From an uncultured Acidobacteriota bacterium (lineage in GTDB: Bacteria; Acidobacteriota; Terriglobia; Terriglobales; Acidobacteriaceae), in NCBI GenBank assembly GCA_963730015.1, contig CAVSPZ010000002.1, forward strand, positions 138,142 through 202,141: a stretch of DNA of 64,000 nt, given 5' to 3'. Positions 9,896-18,273 of this stretch are shown here, in pieces. Position 1 is the stretch's first letter. Every line of letters begins with the position of its first letter. Position numbers and translations under genes: made by a program. The notes under the pieces are model-generated. The model saw only the letters and a list, made by a program, of their open reading frames with translations. It was not told where the DNA came from and ran no database searches.

Positions 9896-10405
9896 GTGGA
9901 GTCAGTCGAGCTCAAACTGAAACAGGCCAGCGCAGTACTGGGCATGCCCACGAAGGAACTGCAGAATTTGGTCCAGTTCGGCATCGTCAAGCCACGGCGA
10001 CAAAGGGGACTCTACCTGTTTGACATGGTATGCCTCTACCAGGCACAGGTTGCCGGCCATCTCAAACTCGCCCTGGGAACGCCTGCGAATAAGCTGACGG
10101 AATTTGTGGAAGCTTTTTCTGAATTTCTGAGGAGAGGCAAGAATGAGGTTCCGGACGTGCTGGTGTTCCGATCATCCTCGAAATATTGGACGCGACCGGT
10201 GGAAGTCAGACTTCCTTTCAGGCAGCTGCGCGAGAGCCTTGAGGAGAGACTGCAGCGAGTGGACGTGTATCGCGACTTGCCGCGGGGACGAAAGCGGCCG
10301 AACTGGAAAGCGGAGTTTCTCGCCACTTTGAAAGAAGCTTCGCAGGATATCGGCGACGTTTTGTTTTGGTTCAGCGTGAAATGGAGAAGCGGCGTTCTCC
10401 GTTAG
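9896..10405 (+). CDS. MerR/excisionase-like HTH protein
   Basis: The N-terminal LKQASAVLGMPTKELQNLVQFGIVKP is HTH-like. The rest is unknown. Confidence 0.4.
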   Translation: MESVELKLKQASAVLGMPTKELQNLVQFGIVKPRRQRGLYLFDMVCLYQAQVAGHLKLALGTPANKLTEFVEAFSEFLRRGKNEVPDVLVFRSSSKYWTRPVEVRLPFRQLRESLEERLQRVDVYRDLPRGRKRPNWKAEFLATLKEASQDIGDVLFWFSVKWRSGVLR

Positions 10406-10413
10406 TGTAGATT

Positions 10414-10431
10414 CCGCCCCTTCGGGGCGGG
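10414..10431 (+). terminator. GC hairpin after 9896..10405
   Basis: CCGCCCC-TTCG-GGGGCGG stem-loop directly after the stop codon, followed by GATTTTC. Confidence 0.4.
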
Positions 10432-10548
10432 GATTTTCAAGGCATGGGGGTCTATCGTCCGATGACTCGTTCTGCGCAATGCACAGCGCGAGAGGATTGG
10501 CTCCCGCGCTGCTAAACATCGGCTCGATGAGCCCCACCAGGTTATCCC

Positions 10549-11580
10549 TTAGCATGGTTGCCTCCCGGCAGAGCCCGCTTCCGTTTCACCCGGCGAGGTC
10601 ATTGTAGCTGCGGTAGAAGAGTGTGCAAATCTTAAAGATGCCGTCTGCTGCCGGCGAAGTTGTCGCTGCCTACGAGCGTCTTCTAACTTGCGATCGCGAG
10701 CCGCGTGGATCTCGGCCTGTCGTCCGGTGAGCCTGTCCTGCGGCGTCACATAGCCGATCGCGCTGTGCAGTCGCACCGTGTTGTAGTGATCCACGTACAT
10801 TTGAATCAAACGGCGCGCATCGTCCAGGGTCAACGGCGTCAGAGGCCGAATGCACTCCCGTTTGAGCGACTTATGCCAGCGTTCGATTTTTCCGTTCGAT
10901 TGCGGGTAAAACGGTGAGGTGCGCACGTGCGTCATCCCCGAGATGCGAATGAACTCCTTGAAGTCCCGCGCGATAAACTGCGGTCCGTTGTCGGAGATGA
11001 TCCGCGGCTTGGCGTCCGGGTACTTCTCCTTGGCTCGTTCCAGAATCCTCTCGATATCAGCTTCCTTCATCGACTCTCGCAAATCCCAATGCACCAGAAA
11101 ACGGCTGCATCCATCCAGCACGCTGCATAGGTAATAGAACGTGCCCGACAGGTTGATATAGGAAACATCGACATGCCAGTGCTGGTGCGGCTCGAGCGGC
11201 TGTTCGAAGCCGGTGCCCTTGCGCGACGGCTTCGCTTTCCAGCGCGACAGCAGTCCCGCTTGTCGCAGCACGCGCCATACGCTCGCCGGACTCACGGCCA
11301 CCACATCGTGATCTAACATCATGAACGTTAGTCGCCGATAGCCTTCCAACGGATTCTTCAGATGGAAACTCACGATCGCTTCCTTCTCCCACCGCTCCAA
11401 CCAGAAGTCTCGGGGCACCCAACCGTTGTGCTCATTCACGCGTCCATAGCGCTGCCGCCAGTCGTAGAACTTGCTCACGGTAACGCCCAGCCACGCAATG
11501 AATCGGCCGACGCTGATCTCACTCTTCTCCGACCAGCGCCGGACGAAATCTACCACCTGATCCCGCACATCGTGTGGCAC
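10549..11580 (-). CDS. IS3 family transposase OrfB (DDE integrase core)
   Basis: HWHVDVSY, ISDNGPQF and SPFYPQSNGKIERWHKSLK form an rve-type DDE core. It lies in the -1 frame relative to orfA. Confidence 0.9.
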   Translation of the reverse strand: MPHDVRDQVVDFVRRWSEKSEISVGRFIAWLGVTVSKFYDWRQRYGRVNEHNGWVPRDFWLERWEKEAIVSFHLKNPLEGYRRLTFMMLDHDVVAVSPASVWRVLRQAGLLSRWKAKPSRKGTGFEQPLEPHQHWHVDVSYINLSGTFYYLCSVLDGCSRFLVHWDLRESMKEADIERILERAKEKYPDAKPRIISDNGPQFIARDFKEFIRISGMTHVRTSPFYPQSNGKIERWHKSLKRECIRPLTPLTLDDARRLIQMYVDHYNTVRLHSAIGYVTPQDRLTGRQAEIHAARDRKLEDARRQRQLRRQQTASLRFAHSSTAATMTSPGETEAGSAGRQPC

Positions 11581-11591
11581 CCAGGTCGCGG

Positions 11592-11906
11592 TCAGAGTTC
11601 CCCAAGGCTTTTTTTTAACGCGATGTGCTCCGCCATCAGCTCGGCCAGGACCTCGTCCTTGGTCTGCACCTTCTTCTCCAAGAACTCAATCCGCTTCTGT
11701 TTCTCTTCGGCCTGGCGGCGAGGATGCTCCGTCGTTTGGAAAGCAGCCGCTCCGTTCTCGAACAACTCTTTTTGCCAGCGGTAAAACACGGTGGGTTGCA
11801 GTCCCAGTTCCTCACACAGCTCGGAAACCGGGACCTTGTCTAAAAGATGGCGCCGTAGAATGGCCACCTTCTCCTCAGCTGTGTAGTGCTTGCGCTCTTT
11901 GCTCAT
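11592..11906 (-). CDS. IS3 family transposase OrfA (HTH)
   Basis: MSKERKHYTAEEKVAILRRHL...VSELCEELGLQPTVFYRWQKEL followed by a leucine-zipper-like tail. Confidence 0.9.
   Translation of the reverse strand: MSKERKHYTAEEKVAILRRHLLDKVPVSELCEELGLQPTVFYRWQKELFENGAAAFQTTEHPRRQAEEKQKRIEFLEKKVQTKDEVLAELMAEHIALKKSLGEL
11609..11616 (-). promoter_or_regulatory. A8 slippery run, candidate programmed -1 frameshift site
   Basis: T8 on the plus strand = AAAAAAAA in orfA (..ALKKSLGEL*). orfB lies in the -1 frame, as in canonical IS3 elements. Confidence 0.6.
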
Positions 11907-12039
11907 ACGTTCGCTCCGCTATCTTAACGGACGAACGCTTTCTCCATTTCCAGCTGAGGCGGGACAGTTTCCCCTCAGGACGTTCAGCGTACCATTCGGG
12001 AGTACCGAACTTCCAAGAAGGAAAAGCCGGAGATAACCG

Positions 12040-12498
12040 TTGTCGCAGAAGCGGCGCAAGTCTAGGGGCGTGGTGGACACATCCGTGTTAGTCGCCGGCG
12101 TCGCTGGAATGAAAGACTCGGTCCACCAGAGCAACGTTGCGAGTGCGAAGTTCGTGCAGCGCTGGGTCGAGGACCGGACGTTCGTCTGGCTGATCAGCGA
12201 CGAAATTCTGGAGGAGTACAGAGAAGTGCTCGCCAGGCTTGGCGTCCGGCGCCCTCTCATCGGGAAAATCGTCAACATGCTGCGCGCTAAAGGCGAACCC
12301 GTTAAGCTCGGTCCGACCCGCAATCTTTCTCCTGACCCTGACGACAATCACATTTGTGATTGTGCGGAGTACGGAGATGCCGACTTCATCGTCACGCTGA
12401 ACCCGAAGGACTTTCCCCCAGCATCGCTGCGGGCGAAAGTAATTGGCCCCAGCGACCCACTGCCCGTTCGTCGCACAACAAGTCGGCGCAGAAATTAG
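12040..12498 (+). CDS. PIN-domain toxin-like protein
   Basis: VVDTSVLVAG near the N-terminus, SDEILEEY and DDNHICDCAEYGDADFIVTLNPKDF match the PIN_3-type toxin pattern. No antitoxin ORF seen upstream, where the IS3 copy lies instead. Confidence 0.7.
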   Translation: MSQKRRKSRGVVDTSVLVAGVAGMKDSVHQSNVASAKFVQRWVEDRTFVWLISDEILEEYREVLARLGVRRPLIGKIVNMLRAKGEPVKLGPTRNLSPDPDDNHICDCAEYGDADFIVTLNPKDFPPASLRAKVIGPSDPLPVRRTTSRRRN

Positions 12499-12711
12499 TG
12501 AAACGTAGTAGGGCGGGGACGGCACTCCCCAGTAGAAACAGAGCGAGACTGTTGAATTTCCCTCCTGCAGGGGTTCAACTGTATTAGTTTGAGCTCGACC
12601 TTGCGGACAGGGCTGGCAGGCTCCACGTATCGGACACCGATCCGGCGGATTTTGAGTGCAATCGCGATTTTGCAACAGTGAGCGCGTCGGGTAGCGGCGG
12701 AACATCATTAA

Positions 12712-13317
12712 CTACAAATGAAAATCGAGGCGCCGAGCAACAATGTCCACAAGCTTCTCTCGGCATTTATCTAACTGCCCGCTGTAAAACCTGTACCAGT
12801 AAACGGATTGGTTAGGGCCCACAAGTTGGTTGATGTCGGGGTCCCCCTCGACGGCGTGTCGGAAGACAGCGGCTTCATCTGCTAGGCCCAGATCACGGAG
12901 CGATGCACTAGCGCGCTGGATCCACGCCTCCCGCTTTTGGAGCCAAGGGCCGAAGACGGGTGACCCTTCGTGATGCGGAAGCCCTCGTCTCAGTTCGATC
13001 GCTAGAGCTTCTCCTTCCGTCATAAAGTCACCGAACACGCCGTGCAGGCGTCGTGCTTCAGCTTCATTCTCTCTATCGCGCTTCAGCGCGTCATCGAGGG
13101 AAGCAATCGTAGAGCGTTGGCTGGCGAAAACAAAAACGGCAGCGAGAAAAAAACAAGTGATCAAACAAGCATTGAATAATCTGCCCGCATCCGCCGCTCC
13201 CGGGTGGAAGACAAACAGCCATTCGCGGAACGTCGAGGTGATGCCGCTCATCAGGCCTATTGTGACCAATACCCAGAGCCAAATGTCTTTTCGTAATCCT
13301 GCCCATCGTGGGTTCAT
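12712..13317 (-). CDS. membrane protein, unknown function
   Basis: Two to three N-terminal hydrophobic helices and a soluble tail. Start set at MNPRWAG. Lies downstream of the AlbA_2 gene on the same strand. Confidence 0.45.
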   Translation of the reverse strand: MNPRWAGLRKDIWLWVLVTIGLMSGITSTFREWLFVFHPGAADAGRLFNACLITCFFLAAVFVFASQRSTIASLDDALKRDRENEAEARRLHGVFGDFMTEGEALAIELRRGLPHHEGSPVFGPWLQKREAWIQRASASLRDLGLADEAAVFRHAVEGDPDINQLVGPNQSVYWYRFYSGQLDKCREKLVDIVARRLDFHL

Positions 13318-13380
13318 AGTGGAGGATTTTAAAGCGCAGACCGTCAGGACGCACCTACTCATTGGCGAGGCGGGTGAAGC

Positions 13381-14730
13381 CTAGTTGTCGCGAATGAACT
13401 GTCTCAGTGCAGTTAGAAAGTCGCGGTTGTCACTCTTCCGATGACTTTTCGAGGCCGGGGTGTCAGTGCTTGCGACGAGTTTGATCCCCGTCTCGTGACG
13501 AACGGGATAGGAGAAACGACCTTCTCCGTCGCTTGCACCCACCGACGAACACGCCTGAGAAACCAGGATAATTAGGCATATCTTGTCGCGTTGTTCCCCC
13601 ATCGCGATTTGACGGAACGTGACAATCTCTCGCTCATACTCCAAATACTCGGTCAACACGTCGCGAGCGACCTTCAGGCGGTTTTCGAGATTCTTACCAT
13701 CGCCAATACCGACGATTTCTCGCTGGTCGGTTACACCGATAATGAGAACACCGCCCGTTGTATTCGCAAAACTTGCGACATCTTCCGCAAATGTTCTTTT
13801 GGCCTCCCTCCGCGCCGGCTCGTCTTTCACGTGCCAAATGTTGAGTGTCTCCTTGAAGTCCCACATCTGCGGTTCGGTCGTTTTAACCTTGCTCGTCTTT
13901 GTGATGAACGTGCGCCAAAACTCGTCACTCTCATACAGCTCTCGTTGCTCTTTGAACTTCTCAATGTCGATTTTTATATTCCGAAGTGAGTCTCTGATCT
14001 CTAAGAAATAGTCGGCGCACTTGCCATAAACGGCGTGGGAGGTTCTTCTGACCACCGTTCGCTCGGGTGGAATGATCTCCGTATCAGGAGGTGTGGTTTC
14101 GGGGTCCATACTCTCGAAAATCTCGAACCCGACTTCATGGTAGGTGTCCCAATAGACAAAGCGCCCTCTCTCACGAACACCAAGGGCAATTTCTGCGAGT
14201 GCACGACGGGTTTCTTTCTCCCATCCGCCGGTTTCTTCGCCAACCCATTTCATATCCCGGTCGGCCATCCTGGTAGAACCCCAGACACGGTAGGTAAAGA
14301 GCATGCACGGCGCCATTGCATGGCGCTTTTCAAGCAACCCGACATATTTGTGCAAAGCATCGATCTCGGCCTGGTGTTTATCGGCAAACTCTCTCAGGCT
14401 CAGGAGCAGAACCTCATACGATTCCGTCTCTCTACTTTTCAACTTCGCGGAATCGGTTTTCAAAACCTGCGCCGCGTTTAGCGCCTCTCCGGTCATGGCC
14501 AGCAGTTCGTCAACATTGGTTTCGTTCTCGAAAATCCACCAATGGATCTCGTCTTGACCGACATGGACTCCGAACTCGGTCCACTCCGTCGTCCAGCCAA
14601 ACTCCTTCTTGACTTGACTAAACCGTGCTTGATCCATGGCGTGAGCCGCTTTTAGGATCGCGCCGTGTACTTCTCCGAGCCTTAATGTGGCGTCAGAGAA
14701 CAGGACATCGCGCATGCGGTCATCGAGCAT
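13381..14730 (-). CDS. AlbA_2/Schlafen-type domain protein with large unknown N-terminal domain
   Basis: The C-terminal WDFKETL...EDVASFANTTGGVLIIGVTDQREIVGI matches the AlbA_2 (divergent AAA / Schlafen-like) signature. The first ~290 aa are unrecognisable. Confidence 0.65.
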   Translation of the reverse strand: MLDDRMRDVLFSDATLRLGEVHGAILKAAHAMDQARFSQVKKEFGWTTEWTEFGVHVGQDEIHWWIFENETNVDELLAMTGEALNAAQVLKTDSAKLKSRETESYEVLLLSLREFADKHQAEIDALHKYVGLLEKRHAMAPCMLFTYRVWGSTRMADRDMKWVGEETGGWEKETRRALAEIALGVRERGRFVYWDTYHEVGFEIFESMDPETTPPDTEIIPPERTVVRRTSHAVYGKCADYFLEIRDSLRNIKIDIEKFKEQRELYESDEFWRTFITKTSKVKTTEPQMWDFKETLNIWHVKDEPARREAKRTFAEDVASFANTTGGVLIIGVTDQREIVGIGDGKNLENRLKVARDVLTEYLEYEREIVTFRQIAMGEQRDKICLIILVSQACSSVGASDGEGRFSYPVRHETGIKLVASTDTPASKSHRKSDNRDFLTALRQFIRDN

Positions 14731-14866
14731 TATTCCTCCCGAAACATTTGGGACGGTACAAGTACAGTGATCTTAACCGTGCGGATGGAAGCCTAAGGGA
14801 AAAGAATTTCGAGACCCGAGTTCCGAGTTCGCGATAATACACTCGGGAAGTCGTGGCTATTACAGT

Positions 14867-15232
14867 TCAACATGCATCGATGTAGAAAACCAATTCCCCG
14901 TGTTTTCCGATGGAACTCCGCCATTGTTTGGACAAGCTCCGCATATTGTCGATCAAAACGATCAGGTCATTCCCGTTAACAGCTACCCCTTGTTCCCCCA
15001 TACTGTCTTTGAAACTGGCCGCACTGAAGCGCTCGTCTGCTTCCATGTAGTCCAGAACCTTTCTGCCGTTTTCAAGCCAGACGACCTGTTTGTCCCCGTA
15101 TTCGTGCTGGTCGCTCGCCGTACCCACCCTGGCGGCAAGGTCGTGGAGCAGCACAATCAACTTCTCCGGTTCGATGAAGCAGGACGAGTGTGCACTCCAT
15201 ATTTCTTTCACTGCCCGAAAGCTTTGGCTCAT
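14867..15232 (-). CDS. hypothetical protein, last gene of the E2/E1 cassette
   Basis: 121 aa from the ATG that overlaps the ThiF-like stop (ATGA). No recognisable motif. Confidence 0.45.
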   Translation of the reverse strand: MSQSFRAVKEIWSAHSSCFIEPEKLIVLLHDLAARVGTASDQHEYGDKQVVWLENGRKVLDYMEADERFSAASFKDSMGEQGVAVNGNDLIVLIDNMRSLSKQWRSSIGKHGELVFYIDAC

Positions 15233-16077
15233 TGCCTGACCACCTTCCTTCTCTTGCGTTTGGGTAATTCGTAATCTGCCGAGTGGGTCCTCATCCGCTG
15301 CCATAGGGCCGGGTCGACAGCGAGTGAGGTTGTGCGCCCCGTTCGCAGATTCACGAACCCGCCGTGGTACGAGAGCCGCCCATATCGGAATAGCCGCGCC
15401 AGCATTGCCAGCGCCTGGTAGGCGAGTGTCTGGTTCACGAATGGCTCTTGCCGCGCCAACGCTTCCAACGCGCTGCACGGTGGAAGTCTGTCTTTTTTGT
15501 CGAGCATTGGGTTGATGAGCTCAGGGAAAAGTTCCGAAGCTGTCGGCAAGCGCGAGTCTCGCGCTTTGTTTCGCTGGTTTTCGGGCTGGCCCAACACGAA
15601 CTGACCACTATCGGCATTGTTGCCCAGATCCAGCCAATAGTGGCAGTTCCAGTAGGTTTGCGTGCGCGTCATCGCGTTCCGGGCGGCACGAGAATCAACG
15701 CAGCCGATCAGGATGTCGGTCTCATGTCCCCAGTTCTCATCGACGAAGTGTGGCACTCCTTTCCAGCCAAGGCCCCAAAACAGATTGATCCGGGTGGCGA
15801 GTACTGTCGCCTTGTGCAGTCCGATCTCACTCTCACTGAAAGGTTGGCGGACGCAGTTGGTGCGGGAGATCCGGTCGCCGTCGACCAAGGTCACGTCCAG
15901 TCGATGCGGATGTCCTAAAGCGACGATGGCTTGGTGCAGATACGGCAATCCGGCCGCTATGGCGCTTCCCGTCCCACCACAACCGACTACGGTGATCAGA
16001 ACGTTCTTTTGCAGCAGTGCGCCAGGAATCTTGTGCTCAGTCTTCGTGGCGGTTGTCGTTTCGATAGCTGTGGTCAT
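15229..16077 (-). CDS. ThiF/E1-like adenylyltransferase (PRTRC-type)
   Basis: VVGCGGTGS Rossmann loop, LVDGDRISRTNCVRQPF adenylation motif and ILIGCVDSRAAR. The overall pattern is as in PRTRC-system ThiF family proteins. Confidence 0.85.
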   Translation of the reverse strand: MTTAIETTTATKTEHKIPGALLQKNVLITVVGCGGTGSAIAAGLPYLHQAIVALGHPHRLDVTLVDGDRISRTNCVRQPFSESEIGLHKATVLATRINLFWGLGWKGVPHFVDENWGHETDILIGCVDSRAARNAMTRTQTYWNCHYWLDLGNNADSGQFVLGQPENQRNKARDSRLPTASELFPELINPMLDKKDRLPPCSALEALARQEPFVNQTLAYQALAMLARLFRYGRLSYHGGFVNLRTGRTTSLAVDPALWQRMRTHSADYELPKRKRRKVVRQ

Positions 16078-16798
16078 CGTTCCTCACGAATTCCGCGAGT
16101 GTCTGCGGCAGCTTCACCAGGTATTTCTCTGGAAACGCTTTTTGTCCCGCTAGGGATTGCCACATCGCTAGGAAGCCGCCGCGAAACCGAACGTGTTTGC
16201 GAACGCCTGAGGCGTGCGTGAATTCGCTCTGGAAGAACGACTCCTCCCACAAGTCAACGGCAGTGACCGACTTCTCCTGCGGAATCTTCATGCTCCCAGT
16301 GCAACACACGCCGTTGTCGTAGCAGTTCCAGTACGGCGCCATGCAAAGTTGTGTTGCGGCCCTAGGCCGTTCGTTCTTAGCAAGAGCTCGAACCCACAAG
16401 TGAGATCCGCACGCCTTGAGCAGCAAGGGCGGGTGGGGATAGCGCTTGCCATTCATGCCCTCCAAGGCAAGGTCGTTGCCCCGGTCGCTGAAGAACATCG
16501 TCCGTTCGCAGGCTGGGGTCCACCACACGATCATTTCCGCCGTGCGCACCAGCACGCGCGCCGGCAAAATCTCGGCTGGAACCGACCTTCCAAGACCGGC
16601 CATCAGGTCGATCAGCATCTGCGGCGTCATCAACTGGCCTTCCGCCAGTCGCGCTACGTCGCCGTCATGGATCACTTCATGGAGAGTTACAAAAGGATGG
16701 CGATACGGGTAGCCGTCATAGCTGCTCTTCCCGTACACGAGCAGTGCCCGGCTCAACCGGAAGTCCTGACTTGATCCGATGTTCACGGAGATATTCAT
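16037..16798 (-). CDS. E2/UBC-like protein (Prok-E2_B / PRTRC protein B-like)
   Basis: LSRALLVYGKSSYDGYPYRHPFVTLHEV, MAPYWNCYDNGVCCTGSMKIP and FFQSEFTH are motifs I associate with PRTRC protein B. This is from memory, not searched. Start set at MNISVN. Confidence 0.6.
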   Translation of the reverse strand: MNISVNIGSSQDFRLSRALLVYGKSSYDGYPYRHPFVTLHEVIHDGDVARLAEGQLMTPQMLIDLMAGLGRSVPAEILPARVLVRTAEMIVWWTPACERTMFFSDRGNDLALEGMNGKRYPHPPLLLKACGSHLWVRALAKNERPRAATQLCMAPYWNCYDNGVCCTGSMKIPQEKSVTAVDLWEESFFQSEFTHASGVRKHVRFRGGFLAMWQSLAGQKAFPEKYLVKLPQTLAEFVRNDDHSYRNDNRHED

Positions 16799-17819
16799 CG
16801 TAGAGATCCCTGACGAGTTCAACGATCTTGGCAGCGGAGGCCAACGACCGAAGCATCGCGCTGGCGTGATCGAAGACGCGTCGCATTTCTTCATCCAGCT
16901 CTTTCACCGGCCTGTTGAGGTGAATGGGAAGCGCCACATTCGGCTGGCAAGGGCCGTTTTCGCCCATGTGTTGCGCCTCTTCATCAAAGCAGGCGTTAAT
17001 TGCATCACCCTCGTACCAGGTGATCAGACATCCGGGCCGGGAATAGTCAGCATCCGAGAGCCACGTGTCGATGCCTGGTACGTCCTTCTCACTGATCTGG
17101 CCGGGCCACGCATGCTCGTGCCCTTGGCCATGAGCATCCATCTCAAGCAGGTGGCGGATCAGCTCGCGGGCCACGCTTGTGTACACCCGGATCTCCTCAA
17201 GCAAGCTTCTGGCTCTCCTGTATTTGAGCGTCTTCGAGTGCCTCTTGATACAGACCGGGATTTCCATATCCACTTTGCGATAGGTCGATGCTTCCAGTTC
17301 CTCGTCGCTCAGATCCTCCATCCACATCTCGGCGTGCTCCTGGGCGTCGAGGTAGTCGTACACGCGCATCCATTTGTACAGGTTGGTGGTGAGGACCTCG
17401 TAGAAAGCGACCGGCAGAAGATTATGCTCGGCTTCAAGGCGTGCGAGTGTCGCGCCAATTGGAATGGAAGCGGCAGCCTCGTAGTCGCCGACCAGATACA
17501 GATGATCAGCCATTCCCTCTCTATCGGCTTCAACCTGATTTCGCTCTTGCTCCGTCAGCTCGAAGAGACTGTCCGTAATTCGCAGGTCGCCAACCCAGAC
17601 TTTCTTAACATCAGCGGCGCGATTCTGAGAGCAAAACCTCCTAAAACCGCGTTCGACAAAGTCCACCGCGCTACCCGACCAGTCATTGGAGCGGCAAATT
17701 CCCAGCCGCAACAGGCTCATTCCCAAAACCGCAGCAGGCCCTTCATCCCACCTCGTGCAGTAGCGCCATCGAATTCCCTTGAGCCTGGGGAACGTAACGT
17801 CTAGCGGCAGTCCGATCAC
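16716..17819 (-). CDS. hypothetical 367-aa protein of the E2/E1 cassette (possibly PRTRC protein F-like)
   Basis: A GTG start overlaps the stop of the 88-aa ORF (GTGA). Acidic and helical. Contains HEHAWPGQISEKD. No confident domain call. Confidence 0.5.
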   Translation of the reverse strand: MIGLPLDVTFPRLKGIRWRYCTRWDEGPAAVLGMSLLRLGICRSNDWSGSAVDFVERGFRRFCSQNRAADVKKVWVGDLRITDSLFELTEQERNQVEADREGMADHLYLVGDYEAAASIPIGATLARLEAEHNLLPVAFYEVLTTNLYKWMRVYDYLDAQEHAEMWMEDLSDEELEASTYRKVDMEIPVCIKRHSKTLKYRRARSLLEEIRVYTSVARELIRHLLEMDAHGQGHEHAWPGQISEKDVPGIDTWLSDADYSRPGCLITWYEGDAINACFDEEAQHMGENGPCQPNVALPIHLNRPVKELDEEMRRVFDHASAMLRSLASAAKIVELVRDLYDEYLREHRIKSGLPVEPGTARVREEQL

Positions 17820-18082
17820 ACGAGCGGTGGAATGACCACGCCGCTGGGCGGTAAGTATCGATCTCCGAGTTCGGCTCCGTCCTGAGCGTATTTGAGCGAG
17901 TCGAACGCCTTGCCTAGAATTTCCCCCACTTCGAATGCTTCTGGACATTGCTTCAATTGCTCCACGATGGGATCGTTCGTATTGGCGCGGCCATGCGTAG
18001 CTTCTGCCAACGCTCGCAGCACCCGCTTCGCATCTTCATCGATGGTTCGGCAGGCTGCGGCAGCTAGTATCCTGTGCTTCAT
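17816..18082 (-). CDS. hypothetical 88-aa protein, first gene of the E2/E1 cassette
   Basis: ORF coupled to the next gene by a GTGA overlap. Predicted helical. No C-terminal Gly-Gly. Confidence 0.4.
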   Translation of the reverse strand: MKHRILAAAACRTIDEDAKRVLRALAEATHGRANTNDPIVEQLKQCPEAFEVGEILGKAFDSLKYAQDGAELGDRYLPPSGVVIPPLV

Positions 18083-18273
18083 GGAAATCGCCTCTTATGA
18101 CGTTTGATTGACCGTGGAATTGTGGCCCTTGTGTAAGACAGTACGCCTCCATCCACGTTCGGCTGTCGATGGACTCACGAAGCTCGATGTCGGCAGTTAC
18201 GTTCCCGAGTCTGTGATATTTGCGCTCTGGGCAGGCTGTTGGGTATGGGCTACAATTGCCGCAGAGGAACCGT

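Larger units (their letters stand above)
10450..11980 (-). mobile_element. IS3 family insertion sequence (ends approximate)
   Basis: orfA/orfB pair with an A8 slippery run. A possible terminus ...CCCCTCA at 11977. I could not pair convincing inverted repeats or a target duplication by eye. Confidence 0.75.

Noticed and set aside
10527-11977. Exact IS3 boundaries TGAGCCCC... (10527) and ...CCCCTCA (11977).
   Set aside because: The two ends share only TGAG plus scattered matches, and the flanking triplets (CGA versus GGA) do not form a duplication. Only approximate coordinates are reported.
10382-12052. The shared 10-mer AGAAGCGGCG at 10385-10394 and 12044-12053 as a target-site duplication of the IS3 element.
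   Set aside because: IS3-family duplications are 3-5 bp. The left copy lies inside an intact ORF that is followed by its own terminator hairpin. The distances to plausible IS ends do not fit. Probably coincidence.
16779-17804. 341-aa plus-strand ORF across the E2/E1 cassette region.
   Set aside because: It is antisense to the 367-aa cassette gene, which is supported by stop/start coupling with its neighbours. The plus-strand ORF has no SD, motif or partner.
14867-18082. Assigning the 88-aa or 121-aa cassette proteins as the missing ubiquitin-like component.
   Set aside because: Neither ends in Gly or Gly-Gly; they end PPLV and IDAC. The 88-aa protein looks all-helical, and neither resembles the PRTRC protein C / Prok_Ub pattern I remember. 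Only structure prediction could overturn this.
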